From the NCBI GenBank assembly GCA_964639245.1, contig CAZXCU010000001.1, forward strand, positions 936,771-1,000,770: 64,000 bases of DNA, in the 5' to 3' direction. The stretch is from an uncultured Anaerolineae bacterium (GTDB lineage Bacteria > Chloroflexota > Anaerolineae > Aggregatilineales > J027). The notes beneath the pieces are model-generated. The model did no database searches and was not told where the DNA came from. It saw only the letters and a program-made list of their open reading frames with translations. Position numbers and translations under genes: made by a program. Shown here piece after piece: positions 50,828-60,360 of the stretch; positions within the stretch are counted from its first letter, which is position 1, and each line of letters starts with the position of its first letter.

Positions 50828-52189
50828 ATTTACTGGATGCAGCACGACGGCGGATTCTGCCTGAAATTCCTCTTTTGTTTCTCCCTCGTCATAGTCCGGC
50901 AAATCAATTTCGACATTGCGCGTTGCGGGGAAAAAATAGCCCGCTAAACTCATGGTCGTACCCGCCAAACAGGTAAACACGAACATCAAGCCCATGCCTG
51001 CGCCTGCCCCTGTGCCGACCAACCAGCCAAAATACTCAGTCAGTGCGCCATCTGGCATCATGGCGGGTTCAAGAATCTGGTCAGCAATTGGCCCGGCAAT
51101 GAGAAACGCAATTGGCATCAGGCTTTCTTCCAACATGCTCTTGACCGACAAGACCCGCCCTTGCACATCCGGCGCAACTTTGGCCTGCCAGATGGCACGG
51201 TTGGCGCTGGTGATGCCGGGAATGAAAATCGCCGCAGACAGCGCCGCAAAAATCCACACCGGTGTATCGCGCCCGATGGCGAACATGAAATCGCCCAAGA
51301 GAAAGGAAATCGCGCACCAGCCATACATCATATGAATTTTGCGTTTGGTGCCAGCCCAGACGCTGACAATCACCCCGCCCAAAAATCCCCCGAATCCCAA
51401 AGCTCCCTGCACACTGGCAAGGGCGAGTTCATCCTGTCCACTGCGGGCAAGAATCATCGCGGGCAAAATCCCTAAATAGGTCAGTGTGGCGATGAAATTA
51501 ATCCCCATGAAAATGAGGAGCAACCCGCGCAAGCCCGGACGCTGGTAAATATAGCGAAAGCCAAATTTCATTTCCTGCCAGACATTCCCGCGAGCTTCCA
51601 TGCCATCCTTACTTTCAGCAGGGCGGGGGATTTTGATAACCAGCAGGGTGCCAACCGCAATTAGAAACGTCACCACATCAATCAGCATCACGCCGTCAAT
51701 ATCAATAAATACCATCAACGTACCCGCGATAAACGGCGCAGCGATTTTTGAGCCATGAAAAGCAACCGCCCGCAGGCCATTGGTGCGCGAATATTCGCTT
51801 TTGGGGACAAGTACCGACGTAGCAACAGAATAGGCGGGAATCTGGAAGGCATCGAAAATGCCAACCAGCGTTTCCGCCACATATAAATGCCAGATTTGTA
51901 AATTGCCCACCGCGTATAAACTCAACATGCCAAGCGTCATGATGCCCGACCCGACATCGCTCATGATGAGAACGGTGCGTTTGTCCCAACGGTCTACCCA
52001 GATGCCCGCGAGTGGACTCGCCAGTACATACGACCCGAACGAGAAAAAGCCGAGCAGTGCGAGTGTGGTTGCATCGCCGGTTTGCTGATATGCCCAGATG
52101 AGCAGGGCAAAGCGCGTCATCGCCGTTCCCATCAGCGAAATGAACTGCCCGAACCAGATAATCAGGAAAGTTTTCATGCCTGTGTTCAT
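50819..52189 (-). CDS. MFS transporter (EntS/MFS_3-like exporter)
   Basis: Trimmed to ATG 52189 with AGGAGA 5 nt upstream (MNTGMKTFLIIWFGQFISLMG). About 12 TM segments. DRWDKR loop motif. Confidence 0.8.
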   Translation of the reverse strand: MNTGMKTFLIIWFGQFISLMGTAMTRFALLIWAYQQTGDATTLALLGFFSFGSYVLASPLAGIWVDRWDKRTVLIMSDVGSGIMTLGMLSLYAVGNLQIWHLYVAETLVGIFDAFQIPAYSVATSVLVPKSEYSRTNGLRAVAFHGSKIAAPFIAGTLMVFIDIDGVMLIDVVTFLIAVGTLLVIKIPRPAESKDGMEARGNVWQEMKFGFRYIYQRPGLRGLLLIFMGINFIATLTYLGILPAMILARSGQDELALASVQGALGFGGFLGGVIVSVWAGTKRKIHMMYGWCAISFLLGDFMFAIGRDTPVWIFAALSAAIFIPGITSANRAIWQAKVAPDVQGRVLSVKSMLEESLMPIAFLIAGPIADQILEPAMMPDGALTEYFGWLVGTGAGAGMGLMFVFTCLAGTTMSLAGYFFPATRNVEIDLPDYDEGETKEEFQAESAVVLHPVNSF

Positions 52190-52197
52190 TGTTGTCT

Positions 52198-52227
52198 CCT
52201 GTAGGGACGCGCTCCAGTGCGTCCGCC
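52198..52227. repeat. Short GC-rich hairpin repeat (CCTGTAGGGACGC family) in MFS leader
   Basis: Stem GGACGC (52205-52210) / GCGTCC (52219-52224). The opening CCTGTAGGG is shared with 33207 and 42217. Confidence 0.45.
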
Positions 52228-52237
52228 GAAATGGTAG

Positions 52238-52276
52238 AAAAACAAAAAACGGCTGCGAGAGTGCGCTCACAGCCGT
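52238..52276 (-). terminator. Rho-independent terminator about 200 nt downstream of ppc
   Basis: Minus strand reads ACGGCTGTGAGCGCACTCTCGCAGCCGT followed by TTTTTTGTTTTT. The stem is ACGGCTG/CAGCCGT plus inner GAG/CTC. Confidence 0.75.
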
Positions 52277-52468
52277 TCTGGATACCTAGTTTTTATTAGT
52301 GAAGGTATTACAAGTCTGCACGCGCAATGAGTTCAGGATGCGCGAAGGCCGCAAAACTCATCGAACTCATTAAAATTGCGCGATAAAGAAAGGTCATGCT
52401 CAGTTTTTGCTTATTGCGATTTGCTAATTATAAACCAATCGAGCAAATTGGCTAGCCTTATCTATGCT

Positions 52469-55153
52469 TTATCCCGTTGTTTTCATGCCTGCGGCGATGC
52501 CATTAATCGTAGCAAAAATGGCTTTTAACACTTTTTCATACGCCTCGGTGCCATCTTCCAAGGTGCGGAAGTCTCGCAGCAGAGCGACTTGAATAAAGTT
52601 TAACGGGTCAATATACGGGTTGCGGCGCTCAATCGAGGTCTGGATGATGGGCATACTGTCCAGAATTGCTTCCTCCTCCACGATGGCTTTAATCATGTCG
52701 CAAGCGCGGGCATGTTCGGATTGGATTTCGTTGAAAATCTGGGCGCGTAATTCGTCATTAGCAACGAGAGTCGTATACTGCTCGGCAATGCCCATATCCG
52801 CTTTGGCAAGGTCAAGCTGGGCATTGTCCACCAGCGCATGAAAAAATGACCATTCCTTGTACATGGTGCGGAGGGTGGCAAGGCCATCGGGATTTTGCTG
52901 GCAGTAGCTTTCCAGCGCGTGTCCGATGCTGTACCAGCTTGGAATCAGGGCGCGGCACTGCATCCATGAAAACACCCATGGAATCGCCCGGATGGATTGA
53001 AACCCGCCATCTTTGGTGCGTTTGGCGGGACGCGAACCAATCGGCAGTTTTGCCAGCGCGTCTATCGGGGTGTATTGATTCCAGAATTCAATAAAACCGG
53101 GTCTTTCATAGACAAATTTTCGGAACGCTTTGAAGCCGGTCTGGGCGAGAAATTCCATGGTCTCGCGCCATTCAGGACGTACCTCAGCATGTTCCGGCGC
53201 ACCCACCGCAATCAGAGTCGCGTTGAGGACTTGCTGCAAATGCCGCCGCGCAATTTCCAGATTGCTGTAACGGTAGGCAATGACTTCCCCCTGTTCGGTA
53301 ATTTTGATGCGTCCGCTTTTGAGGGAAGCCGGGGGTTGAGACAAAATGGCTTGATTGGTGGGGCCGCCGCCACGTCCGATGCTGCCGCCGCGCCCGTGAA
53401 ACAATTCCAGCAAAACGCCTTCTTTATCGCACATTTCAGCTAAATTTTGCTGGGCGATATACAAATTCCAGTTGGAAGAAATGTACCCACCGTCTTTGCC
53501 ACTGTCGGAATAACCCAGCATGATTTGCTGGCGTTTTTTACGAATTTCGAGATGTTCGCGGTACTGCGGGTTGTCAAACAAGACTTTCATTGTGCTGGCG
53601 GCGTTGTGTAAATCTTCGATGGTTTCAAACAACGGCACAACATCCACATCGTGATGTACCCCGACTTCTTTTGCCAGCAGCAGCAGCGCAAGGACATCGC
53701 TTGGCTGCTGGCTCATGCTGGCGATTACACTGTCAATGACTTCTTTCCCATAGTCACGATGCGCCCGCGCTACCATCCGCCACGTATTGATAATGCGGGT
53801 GGTAATGTCGGAAAATTGAAATTCAGCCGGGAAAAGCGGGCGTGGATTTTCAATTTCGTGGCTGAGCAGGGCTTGTTTTTCCGCTTCGGGCATCCCCAGA
53901 TAATCGTCGGTGATTTTGTAGGCTTTGAAAATTTCATGCAGCGCTTCGGCGTGCAAACGGGCATCTTCGCGCACGTCTAAGGGCAGCAAATAGAGGCCAA
54001 AAAGTTTAACTTTCAGAATCAAGCGGCTGAGTGTCCCGCCTGCGCTGTTATGGCCTTTGTTGGCTTGCAGACTTTTTTGAATGAGCAGCAAATCGTCTAA
54101 AAATTCCTGTGTTTGATGGTAGCCATTTGTCTGGAGTTTCTGGCGAATCAGATACAATTTTTGGCGGTAAATTTCGTTGTGGTAACGGCTCTCTAAATCG
54201 GGCGTGAGGGCAATCGTTTCGCATAATTCGGGTAGTACATCGGCTTCATCGGTGGATTGGGTGAGGTGCGAATAGAGATAGTCCACGTCCTTGAGATAAA
54301 TTTGTAGGGCAGCGGTGCGCTGTTGAGCGATGGTCTCTAAGGTGACATCGGCGGTTACATTGGGGTTGCCATCCCGATCTCCACCCACCCAGGAGGAAAA
54401 ACGCAGCAGGGGCGGAATATTCGTCCAATCATGGTCGGGGTAATATTCGCGCAGGGTGCGGCGCAAATCATTATAAATTACCACACAGGTATCCATGACC
54501 ACCGAGGTGATGAAGTAAATTCCGTAATCTACTTCATCCGCAACACGGGCGCGGGTGGTGCGGGTGGGGCGGGTCTGCCAGAGTTCCTCAATTTTGGCGC
54601 GAATCACACGGTCAATTTCGAGTTGTTCACGCGGCAAAATATCCGGGCGATCACTGTTGGCAAGGACATCTGCAATTTGATGCAGCTTGACCAATACATG
54701 TTTGCGTTTGGCTTCTGTCGGATGGGCGGTCATCACCAAGCGAATCGAAAGTTTATGAAGCAAATTTTCGACTTCCTGGGCAGACAGGCCACGTTTTTTA
54801 AGTTTGCTGACGGCTTCTTCAATCGATTCTTTTTGTTTTTGCTCGCGTTCGCGCTGACGCAGAACACGAATACGCTGTTGGTCTTCGGCAAGGTTAATGA
54901 GCTGAAAATAGTTGCTAAAGGCTTTGATGAGGATATGTTTTTGTTCTAAATTTTGCGCGTTGATGGTTTCAACCAGTGTACGGGCGGCTGTTTCATCGCC
55001 CTGCCGCCGATTTTTTGCCGCAATCCGCACTTTTTCGACCAATGCCAGCGCCGACTCGCCATGCTGTTCGGTGATAATTTCACCGAGCATATTGCCAAGT
55101 GTGCGGATATCTGCGCCGAGTGAGGTTGTTCCGTTGGTATTTTTGTCTGCCAT
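52469..55153 (-). CDS. ppc: Phosphoenolpyruvate carboxylase
   Basis: VMTAHPTEAKR, MLGYSDSGKDGG and FHGRGGSIGRGGGP motifs. C-terminal AAGMKTTG. 894 aa. Confidence 0.95.
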   Translation of the reverse strand: MADKNTNGTTSLGADIRTLGNMLGEIITEQHGESALALVEKVRIAAKNRRQGDETAARTLVETINAQNLEQKHILIKAFSNYFQLINLAEDQQRIRVLRQREREQKQKESIEEAVSKLKKRGLSAQEVENLLHKLSIRLVMTAHPTEAKRKHVLVKLHQIADVLANSDRPDILPREQLEIDRVIRAKIEELWQTRPTRTTRARVADEVDYGIYFITSVVMDTCVVIYNDLRRTLREYYPDHDWTNIPPLLRFSSWVGGDRDGNPNVTADVTLETIAQQRTAALQIYLKDVDYLYSHLTQSTDEADVLPELCETIALTPDLESRYHNEIYRQKLYLIRQKLQTNGYHQTQEFLDDLLLIQKSLQANKGHNSAGGTLSRLILKVKLFGLYLLPLDVREDARLHAEALHEIFKAYKITDDYLGMPEAEKQALLSHEIENPRPLFPAEFQFSDITTRIINTWRMVARAHRDYGKEVIDSVIASMSQQPSDVLALLLLAKEVGVHHDVDVVPLFETIEDLHNAASTMKVLFDNPQYREHLEIRKKRQQIMLGYSDSGKDGGYISSNWNLYIAQQNLAEMCDKEGVLLELFHGRGGSIGRGGGPTNQAILSQPPASLKSGRIKITEQGEVIAYRYSNLEIARRHLQQVLNATLIAVGAPEHAEVRPEWRETMEFLAQTGFKAFRKFVYERPGFIEFWNQYTPIDALAKLPIGSRPAKRTKDGGFQSIRAIPWVFSWMQCRALIPSWYSIGHALESYCQQNPDGLATLRTMYKEWSFFHALVDNAQLDLAKADMGIAEQYTTLVANDELRAQIFNEIQSEHARACDMIKAIVEEEAILDSMPIIQTSIERRNPYIDPLNFIQVALLRDFRTLEDGTEAYEKVLKAIFATINGIAAGMKTTG

Positions 55154-55225
55154 CTCTACGCCCCTTGTGTTTCTGCATAAGGAGAGTGTAGCGCAAAAGA
55201 TGGCAGTTGAAATTGTGTTAAGCGT

Positions 55226-56305
55226 CTAATTGGTGGTGATGCGGTAAATGGCGTTACCACCGATAAAATAAATCGCACCATTGGGGGCAACTTCTATATC
55301 GGTGGAGCAAATCAGGTCGCCCAAGTCCATTTCTTCGACCTTCTCAAACATGCTGCGGGTTTCGTCCAATTCGGCGCGGCGCAGGATGCCAAAATTCCAC
55401 CCGCAGTAAAACACGTTGCCTTCCCACTGCGGGAACATTTCGCCATCATACACGATGATGCCGGTGAGGGCTTGCGGCGGCGTGTAATGCACCACCGGAT
55501 AGACAAAACGTGCGCCCTCCTGCGGGTTGTTGTCATCACAGGGATAATCGGGTCGCCAGCCATAGTTACCGCCGGGAAAAATCAGATTCACTTCATCGTC
55601 ACAGGTGGGGCCGTTTTCGGTGGCAAATAGATCGCCGGTGAACGGGTCAAAATCAAAATCAAAGGGGTTTCGCAGCCCATACGCATAGGTCGAATTGTCC
55701 TTAAAGGGATTGTCCGGCGCGGGAACGAGCGCATCGCCTTCCACCGCGAACCGATGAATCCGCCCTTGCATGGCCTTTAAATCTTGGGCAAAGGAGGCTT
55801 CGCCATAATCGCCAATGCTGACATAGAGCATCCCGTCGTCGCCAAAATGCAAATTCCCGCCCATATGATGACCGACGCGGGTGGTCACAGGGACAGACAA
55901 CATGCTGACGGGATTTTGCCCGATGCCCTCCTGCACTTCAAACCGCACCACTTTATTGATGGGATAGGGTGGTTCAATCGAATTGGGTTGGGTGTGATAG
56001 ACCCAAACATAGCCATTTTCGGTATAGCGGGGGTCAACCGCGATGCCTAACATACCCCGTTCAACAAACGGGTCAGTTGGCAGCGTTATCACGGGTTCAC
56101 GTTGCAACCCCCCGTCGGGTGTGACCAGCCGCACCCGTCCGGTTTCTTTTTCGGTATAAAACAACGTGCCATCCGGCGCAAAAGCCAGCGCCACCGGAAA
56201 TTCTGCCCCGTCCACGACCACTTCAATCTGCCAGCTTTTGTGTTGAGCATGGACGGGGGCAGCCAAGAGACCGCCAACCAGTAGAACTAAGATCCAGCGT
56301 TTCAA
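55226..56305 (-). CDS. PQQ-dependent sugar dehydrogenase (soluble glucose/sorbosone dehydrogenase family)
   Basis: TTG 56305 and a signal peptide. LAFAPDGTLFYTEKETGRVRLV and GHHMGGNLHFGDDGMLYVSIGD are typical of this six-bladed propeller family. Confidence 0.8.
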   Translation of the reverse strand: MKRWILVLLVGGLLAAPVHAQHKSWQIEVVVDGAEFPVALAFAPDGTLFYTEKETGRVRLVTPDGGLQREPVITLPTDPFVERGMLGIAVDPRYTENGYVWVYHTQPNSIEPPYPINKVVRFEVQEGIGQNPVSMLSVPVTTRVGHHMGGNLHFGDDGMLYVSIGDYGEASFAQDLKAMQGRIHRFAVEGDALVPAPDNPFKDNSTYAYGLRNPFDFDFDPFTGDLFATENGPTCDDEVNLIFPGGNYGWRPDYPCDDNNPQEGARFVYPVVHYTPPQALTGIIVYDGEMFPQWEGNVFYCGWNFGILRRAELDETRSMFEKVEEMDLGDLICSTDIEVAPNGAIYFIGGNAIYRITTN

Positions 56306-56424
56306 ACCGATGTTCCTTTTTCTTCATCTCGCCGATTGTAGCAGGGGGAAAGGGAGTCACAAGTGACGTTTGCCATGTATCTCATTGTCTGGGGTAAAAT
56401 TCATGCTCAGAGGGTTAAACCACG

Positions 56425-56793
56425 ATGCGACATCGATTTTTCTGGGAAGATGATTTAATCAAGGTGGGATGGGGCAGCGAAAGTACCTTGCAAGAATGGG
56501 ATAGTATTCTGGCGTGGGTGCTGCATACCTTGGATAAAAGTGAAACCACGCTGCATGTGCTGATGGATTTGAGCGAGGTATATAGCGTTACAGAAGAGAT
56601 GTTTCACCCGGCAATTGCGGCACGGCTGGCGGAACATCCCAAAGCGGGTTGTTTGCTGCTGGTCAGCCATAACCCTGTTTTTGTTCATTTTGTGAACCAG
56701 CATTGGATTACCCAGACGGAGGAAGCCGTCGGCATCCGATGTTTTTTGGATGTCTCGGATGCCTTAAGCTGGCTGCGCCAAAAACCGCTCTAA
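56425..56793 (+). CDS. Small hypothetical protein, possibly STAS-like
   Basis: 122-aa ORF ending ...FLDVSDALSWLRQKPL. Its stop overlaps the stop of the convergent ORF. Confidence 0.5.
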   Translation: MRHRFFWEDDLIKVGWGSESTLQEWDSILAWVLHTLDKSETTLHVLMDLSEVYSVTEEMFHPAIAARLAEHPKAGCLLLVSHNPVFVHFVNQHWITQTEEAVGIRCFLDVSDALSWLRQKPL

Positions 56794-57203
56794 AATAGCA
56801 TTTTCAACCAATCTAAGGCGGTGTTGCAATCATAAAACTGCTGATACTCAATTTCATAATTGCCTTTTAGAAAAAGGTACTCGATATTCAGTCGGATTTC
56901 TGTAAATCGAAAACCCGCTTTTGGGTTGAGTACCGCCGCAAAACGTCCTTGGCGATAAGGCGAAAGTGCATTGCGTACCGCCTCAATGTGAGGGGCAAGG
57001 TTGGGATTCCACTTCGGATTTTTGATGCGTGATATATCCCACAAACCGAGATAGGGGTGATTGGCAGGCCATTCGCGTAGGGTGTCCACCACCTCATCAA
57101 AGGTGAGAACCAGTTGTAATGGGGTCATTCGGTAGCGCTGGGTCACCAACAAAATTTTCTTGTTTTCTGCCCATTGGACAGTGGTATTAATATTATCATT
57201 CAT
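56790..57203 (-). CDS. Small hypothetical protein, possibly STAS-like
   Basis: 137-aa ORF ending ...FYDCNTALDWLKMLF, the same C-terminal pattern as its convergent neighbour. Confidence 0.5.
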   Translation of the reverse strand: MNDNINTTVQWAENKKILLVTQRYRMTPLQLVLTFDEVVDTLREWPANHPYLGLWDISRIKNPKWNPNLAPHIEAVRNALSPYRQGRFAAVLNPKAGFRFTEIRLNIEYLFLKGNYEIEYQQFYDCNTALDWLKMLF

Positions 57204-57309
57204 AATTAGTGAAATAATCTCCTATATAAGAGTCTACAGTAGTTTTGATTCTGTTTAAATAGGGTCTCTCGGTATAATTGCCCAAATTTGATTTGTGGAG
57301 TTTGCATCA

Positions 57310-58725
57310 ATGAATGTGCCAGCAGCTATTTTTCGGAAATATGATATTCGCGGAACTGCCGTTGGGGAGAACGCGCAATTAACGCCCGGTGTGGCGGAGG
57401 GGGTCGGTAAGGCTTACGGAACCTATGTGCAGCGCGAGTTCGGGATTCATCAGGTGTTTGTGGGCGGGGATAACCGTCTTTCCACCGATGCGCTCAAGAA
57501 CGCGATGATTAGCGGGTTGCGTTCGACCGGGTTACGGGTGGTGGATATTGGTGGGGTGATGACTCCAACCGTGTATTTTGCGGCAGCGTCGCATGAAAAA
57601 TCCGGTGGAATCATGATTACAGGCAGCCATCTGGAGACCCAGTATAACGGGATTAAGATGGCCTATGGCAAACTGGCGCTGGCAGATTCGCAGATTCAAG
57701 ACCTGCTCAAACTGATTCAGACTGATGATTTTCTTGTGGTGGAGGGCGAAGTCGTCCAAGATTTTGGCATGGCGCAGCGTCACATGGACAAAATCAAGGG
57801 CATGGTCAGCTTGGGTAGCCGTAAGCTCAAAGTGGTGGTGGATTCAGGCAATGGCTTGAGTGGGTCGTTTGTCCCGCCCATGCTGGAAAGTTTAGGAATT
57901 GAGGTGATTTGTCTGTTTTGCGAGCCGGATGGGACTTTCCCGAATCATTTGCCCAACCCCGAAGACCCGGAACTCACCAAAGATTTGGAAGCCAAAGTCC
58001 ACAGTGAACAGGCCGATTTGGGTATCGGGTTTGATGGCGATGCTGACCGCTGCGGTCTGATTGATGATCACGGACATCATGTACCCGCAGACCGTTTGAT
58101 TGCCATGCTTGCCAAAGATATGCTCACGCGGCATCCGGGCGCAAAAGTGGTCTTTGATGTCAAAGCCTCCGCCGTGTTGCCGGACGAAATCAAACGCTAT
58201 GGCGGTGAGCCGTTGATGTGGAAATCCGGTCATAGCCTGATGAAACTCAAAATGAATGAGGTGGGGGCGCTGCTCGGTGGGGAGGTTTCGGGGCATATTT
58301 TCATTGGCGAAGATTATTACGGGTTTGATGATGCGGCATTGGTTGCCCTCAAAGCCCTAGAGATTTTGAGCAAGAGCGACAAGTCCATTTCTGAAATTCT
58401 CGATGAAATGCCCAAACTGCTAGCAACACCGGAAATTATTCTGTCTGCGCCGGACGATGTGAAATTTGACATCATCACGAAGGTGCATGATCGTTTAGCC
58501 GATAAATATGAAGTGGTGACGGTGGACGGAGCGCGGGCAATTTTTGAAAATGGCTGGGGCTTGGTGCGTGCTAGCAATACCCAACCCGCCATCACCTTGC
58601 GTTTTGAAGCCTATACCAAGCCGGATATTGTGAGTTACATGGAAAAATTCTATGAACTTTTGGGCGAATATCCGATGGTAGACCGCACCAAATTGCAAAA
58701 TCAGATGGAAGCGTTTAAGCGTTAA
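57310..58725 (+). CDS. Phosphomannomutase/phosphoglucomutase (alpha-D-phosphohexomutase family)
   Basis: ATG 57310; the track starts at GTG 57295. Active-site loop ITGSHLETQYNG, metal loop GFDGDADR, sugar loop GGEVSGH. Confidence 0.9.
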   Translation: MNVPAAIFRKYDIRGTAVGENAQLTPGVAEGVGKAYGTYVQREFGIHQVFVGGDNRLSTDALKNAMISGLRSTGLRVVDIGGVMTPTVYFAAASHEKSGGIMITGSHLETQYNGIKMAYGKLALADSQIQDLLKLIQTDDFLVVEGEVVQDFGMAQRHMDKIKGMVSLGSRKLKVVVDSGNGLSGSFVPPMLESLGIEVICLFCEPDGTFPNHLPNPEDPELTKDLEAKVHSEQADLGIGFDGDADRCGLIDDHGHHVPADRLIAMLAKDMLTRHPGAKVVFDVKASAVLPDEIKRYGGEPLMWKSGHSLMKLKMNEVGALLGGEVSGHIFIGEDYYGFDDAALVALKALEILSKSDKSISEILDEMPKLLATPEIILSAPDDVKFDIITKVHDRLADKYEVVTVDGARAIFENGWGLVRASNTQPAITLRFEAYTKPDIVSYMEKFYELLGEYPMVDRTKLQNQMEAFKR

Positions 58726-58742
58726 CGTTCTCGCTCCCATTC

Positions 58743-58790
58743 CTCTGTAACGGGTAAGCATCTATCCGTTACAGAGCCTTTTTTGTTTTG
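58743..58790 (+). terminator. Rho-independent terminator after phosphohexomutase
   Basis: 11-bp stem CTCTGTAACGG (58743-58753) / CCGTTACAGAG (58766-58776), followed by CCTTTTTTGTTTTG. Confidence 0.85.
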
Positions 58791-58823
58791 TGGTTGGCGG
58801 AATAGTCTCTTCGATGTACAAAA

Positions 58824-60356
58824 TCATGGACAGTTCAGGCGATAGACACGCATTTTCCAGAGTTCGCCTGTGTCATTGTTTTGAATCTGGTCGTTCAGAT
58901 AGGTGGTGTCTGATTCATATACCAGCGTAATTCGCGGGTCATCGGCCTCCACCGGGCGCTGGTCAGGGAGCGCCATCAGCCAGCGTGCCTTTTGTTGGCA
59001 AATATAGGCCATCATTTTTTCACCATCTTCTATAAACGGGATGACTTCGGGATTGACCAGCCCTGCGATGTCTACAATCTGACGCGGCGCGAAGTAGCCC
59101 AATGCGCCGATGTCATGCACGGCGAATACATCATCTGATGGCACATTTTCTTTAACCCATTGAGAAGCCGCAACCATCTCGGTGTTCATGGCGCGAACTT
59201 GATGCGCGTAATTTTGTCCCCCAAACCACAAAAAACCGATGAGTAACAGGGCGGTGCTGAGGGTATAGGTGCGGCTCAACACCCGTCCAAGCGGGGTGGC
59301 TTGGCCTTTTTGCAGCAAAATTCCCAACCCACCAATGCCATACAACCAGAGTATCGGTAAAATCGGCAGGACATAGCGCCCATTTTGATTGGGGCTGGGC
59401 AGTTGAATGACGTATAAGGTGAGGTGAGCAAATGCCCAGACCGCCGGCGCAAGCAGCAGCCATTTTTTGTGTATCTTTTGGGTGGTCTGCCAGAGGCCGT
59501 ATACACTGGCGGGCATAACAATCAATTGTGCGCCCAACAGCATCACAAGCGTCATATTGAGGTAGCGCGTTAGGATGGATTGTTCGCGGAGATAGCTGTG
59601 CTGGGTCAATTTGGCTTGGGCGGTGCTGGGTAAAATTTCGCCGATGACATGGTAATTCCAAGCAAGGTAAGGTGCGACCAAACCTGTCCATACTACCGCA
59701 CCACTGACTGCCCAGATGAAAAACAAGCGCTTATTTTCTGTCGTTAGGAGGCCGAAAATGCCCACCAATCCAACCACCAGTATTCCTTCGGGGCGGGTAA
59801 GGGTGAGCAGTCCGGCGGTTGCACCCAAAAGCATCCCCCGTCGGATTTTCCAAATCGCAACGTGCTTTTGGGCCGGAGTCGCTTCATAAAAGCCAATCGC
59901 AAACGTGAGGAGAACCAGCGCGGTAAAAAGCATGGTTTCCATGCCACTGGCTGCTGCCCACACCAGATTCCATGACAAAATGACCGCCAACCCCATCGCG
60001 GTGTCAGCGTGACGAAGGGTAGGATAAAGCCAACGGATGAGGGTTGCGCCACTGACCCCGCCCATGACCAGCGCTGCAACGCCGAGAAGATAGACCCACA
60101 CAAAGTGAGAAATCCCCATGAGTCGTCCAATTGCCAGCAAAATCACATAAAAAGGCGAGGTTGAACCTACACTCGCTTCGCCGCTCACAAATGCCCATTC
60201 GCCATCATGGGCTAAATTACGGGCATACACCTGATGAATCCACGAGTCATCGGTGGGGTAGCCAAGGGCATCAAGGTCAGCCGCCATCCAGAAGAAAACT
60301 CCCATGACAAAACTTGCCACCAAGGTAAAAACGACGAATTTTTTGAATAGGGACAT
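58824..60356 (-). CDS. Polytopic membrane protein, probable GT-C-fold glycosyltransferase (ArnT/PMT-like)
   Basis: Trimmed to ATG 60356 (MSLFKKFVVFTLVASF). First-loop acidic motif YPTDDSWIH. About 12 TM helices followed by a soluble C-terminal domain. Confidence 0.5.
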   Translation of the reverse strand: MSLFKKFVVFTLVASFVMGVFFWMAADLDALGYPTDDSWIHQVYARNLAHDGEWAFVSGEASVGSTSPFYVILLAIGRLMGISHFVWVYLLGVAALVMGGVSGATLIRWLYPTLRHADTAMGLAVILSWNLVWAAASGMETMLFTALVLLTFAIGFYEATPAQKHVAIWKIRRGMLLGATAGLLTLTRPEGILVVGLVGIFGLLTTENKRLFFIWAVSGAVVWTGLVAPYLAWNYHVIGEILPSTAQAKLTQHSYLREQSILTRYLNMTLVMLLGAQLIVMPASVYGLWQTTQKIHKKWLLLAPAVWAFAHLTLYVIQLPSPNQNGRYVLPILPILWLYGIGGLGILLQKGQATPLGRVLSRTYTLSTALLLIGFLWFGGQNYAHQVRAMNTEMVAASQWVKENVPSDDVFAVHDIGALGYFAPRQIVDIAGLVNPEVIPFIEDGEKMMAYICQQKARWLMALPDQRPVEADDPRITLVYESDTTYLNDQIQNNDTGELWKMRVYRLNCP

Positions 60357-60360
60357 ATGC

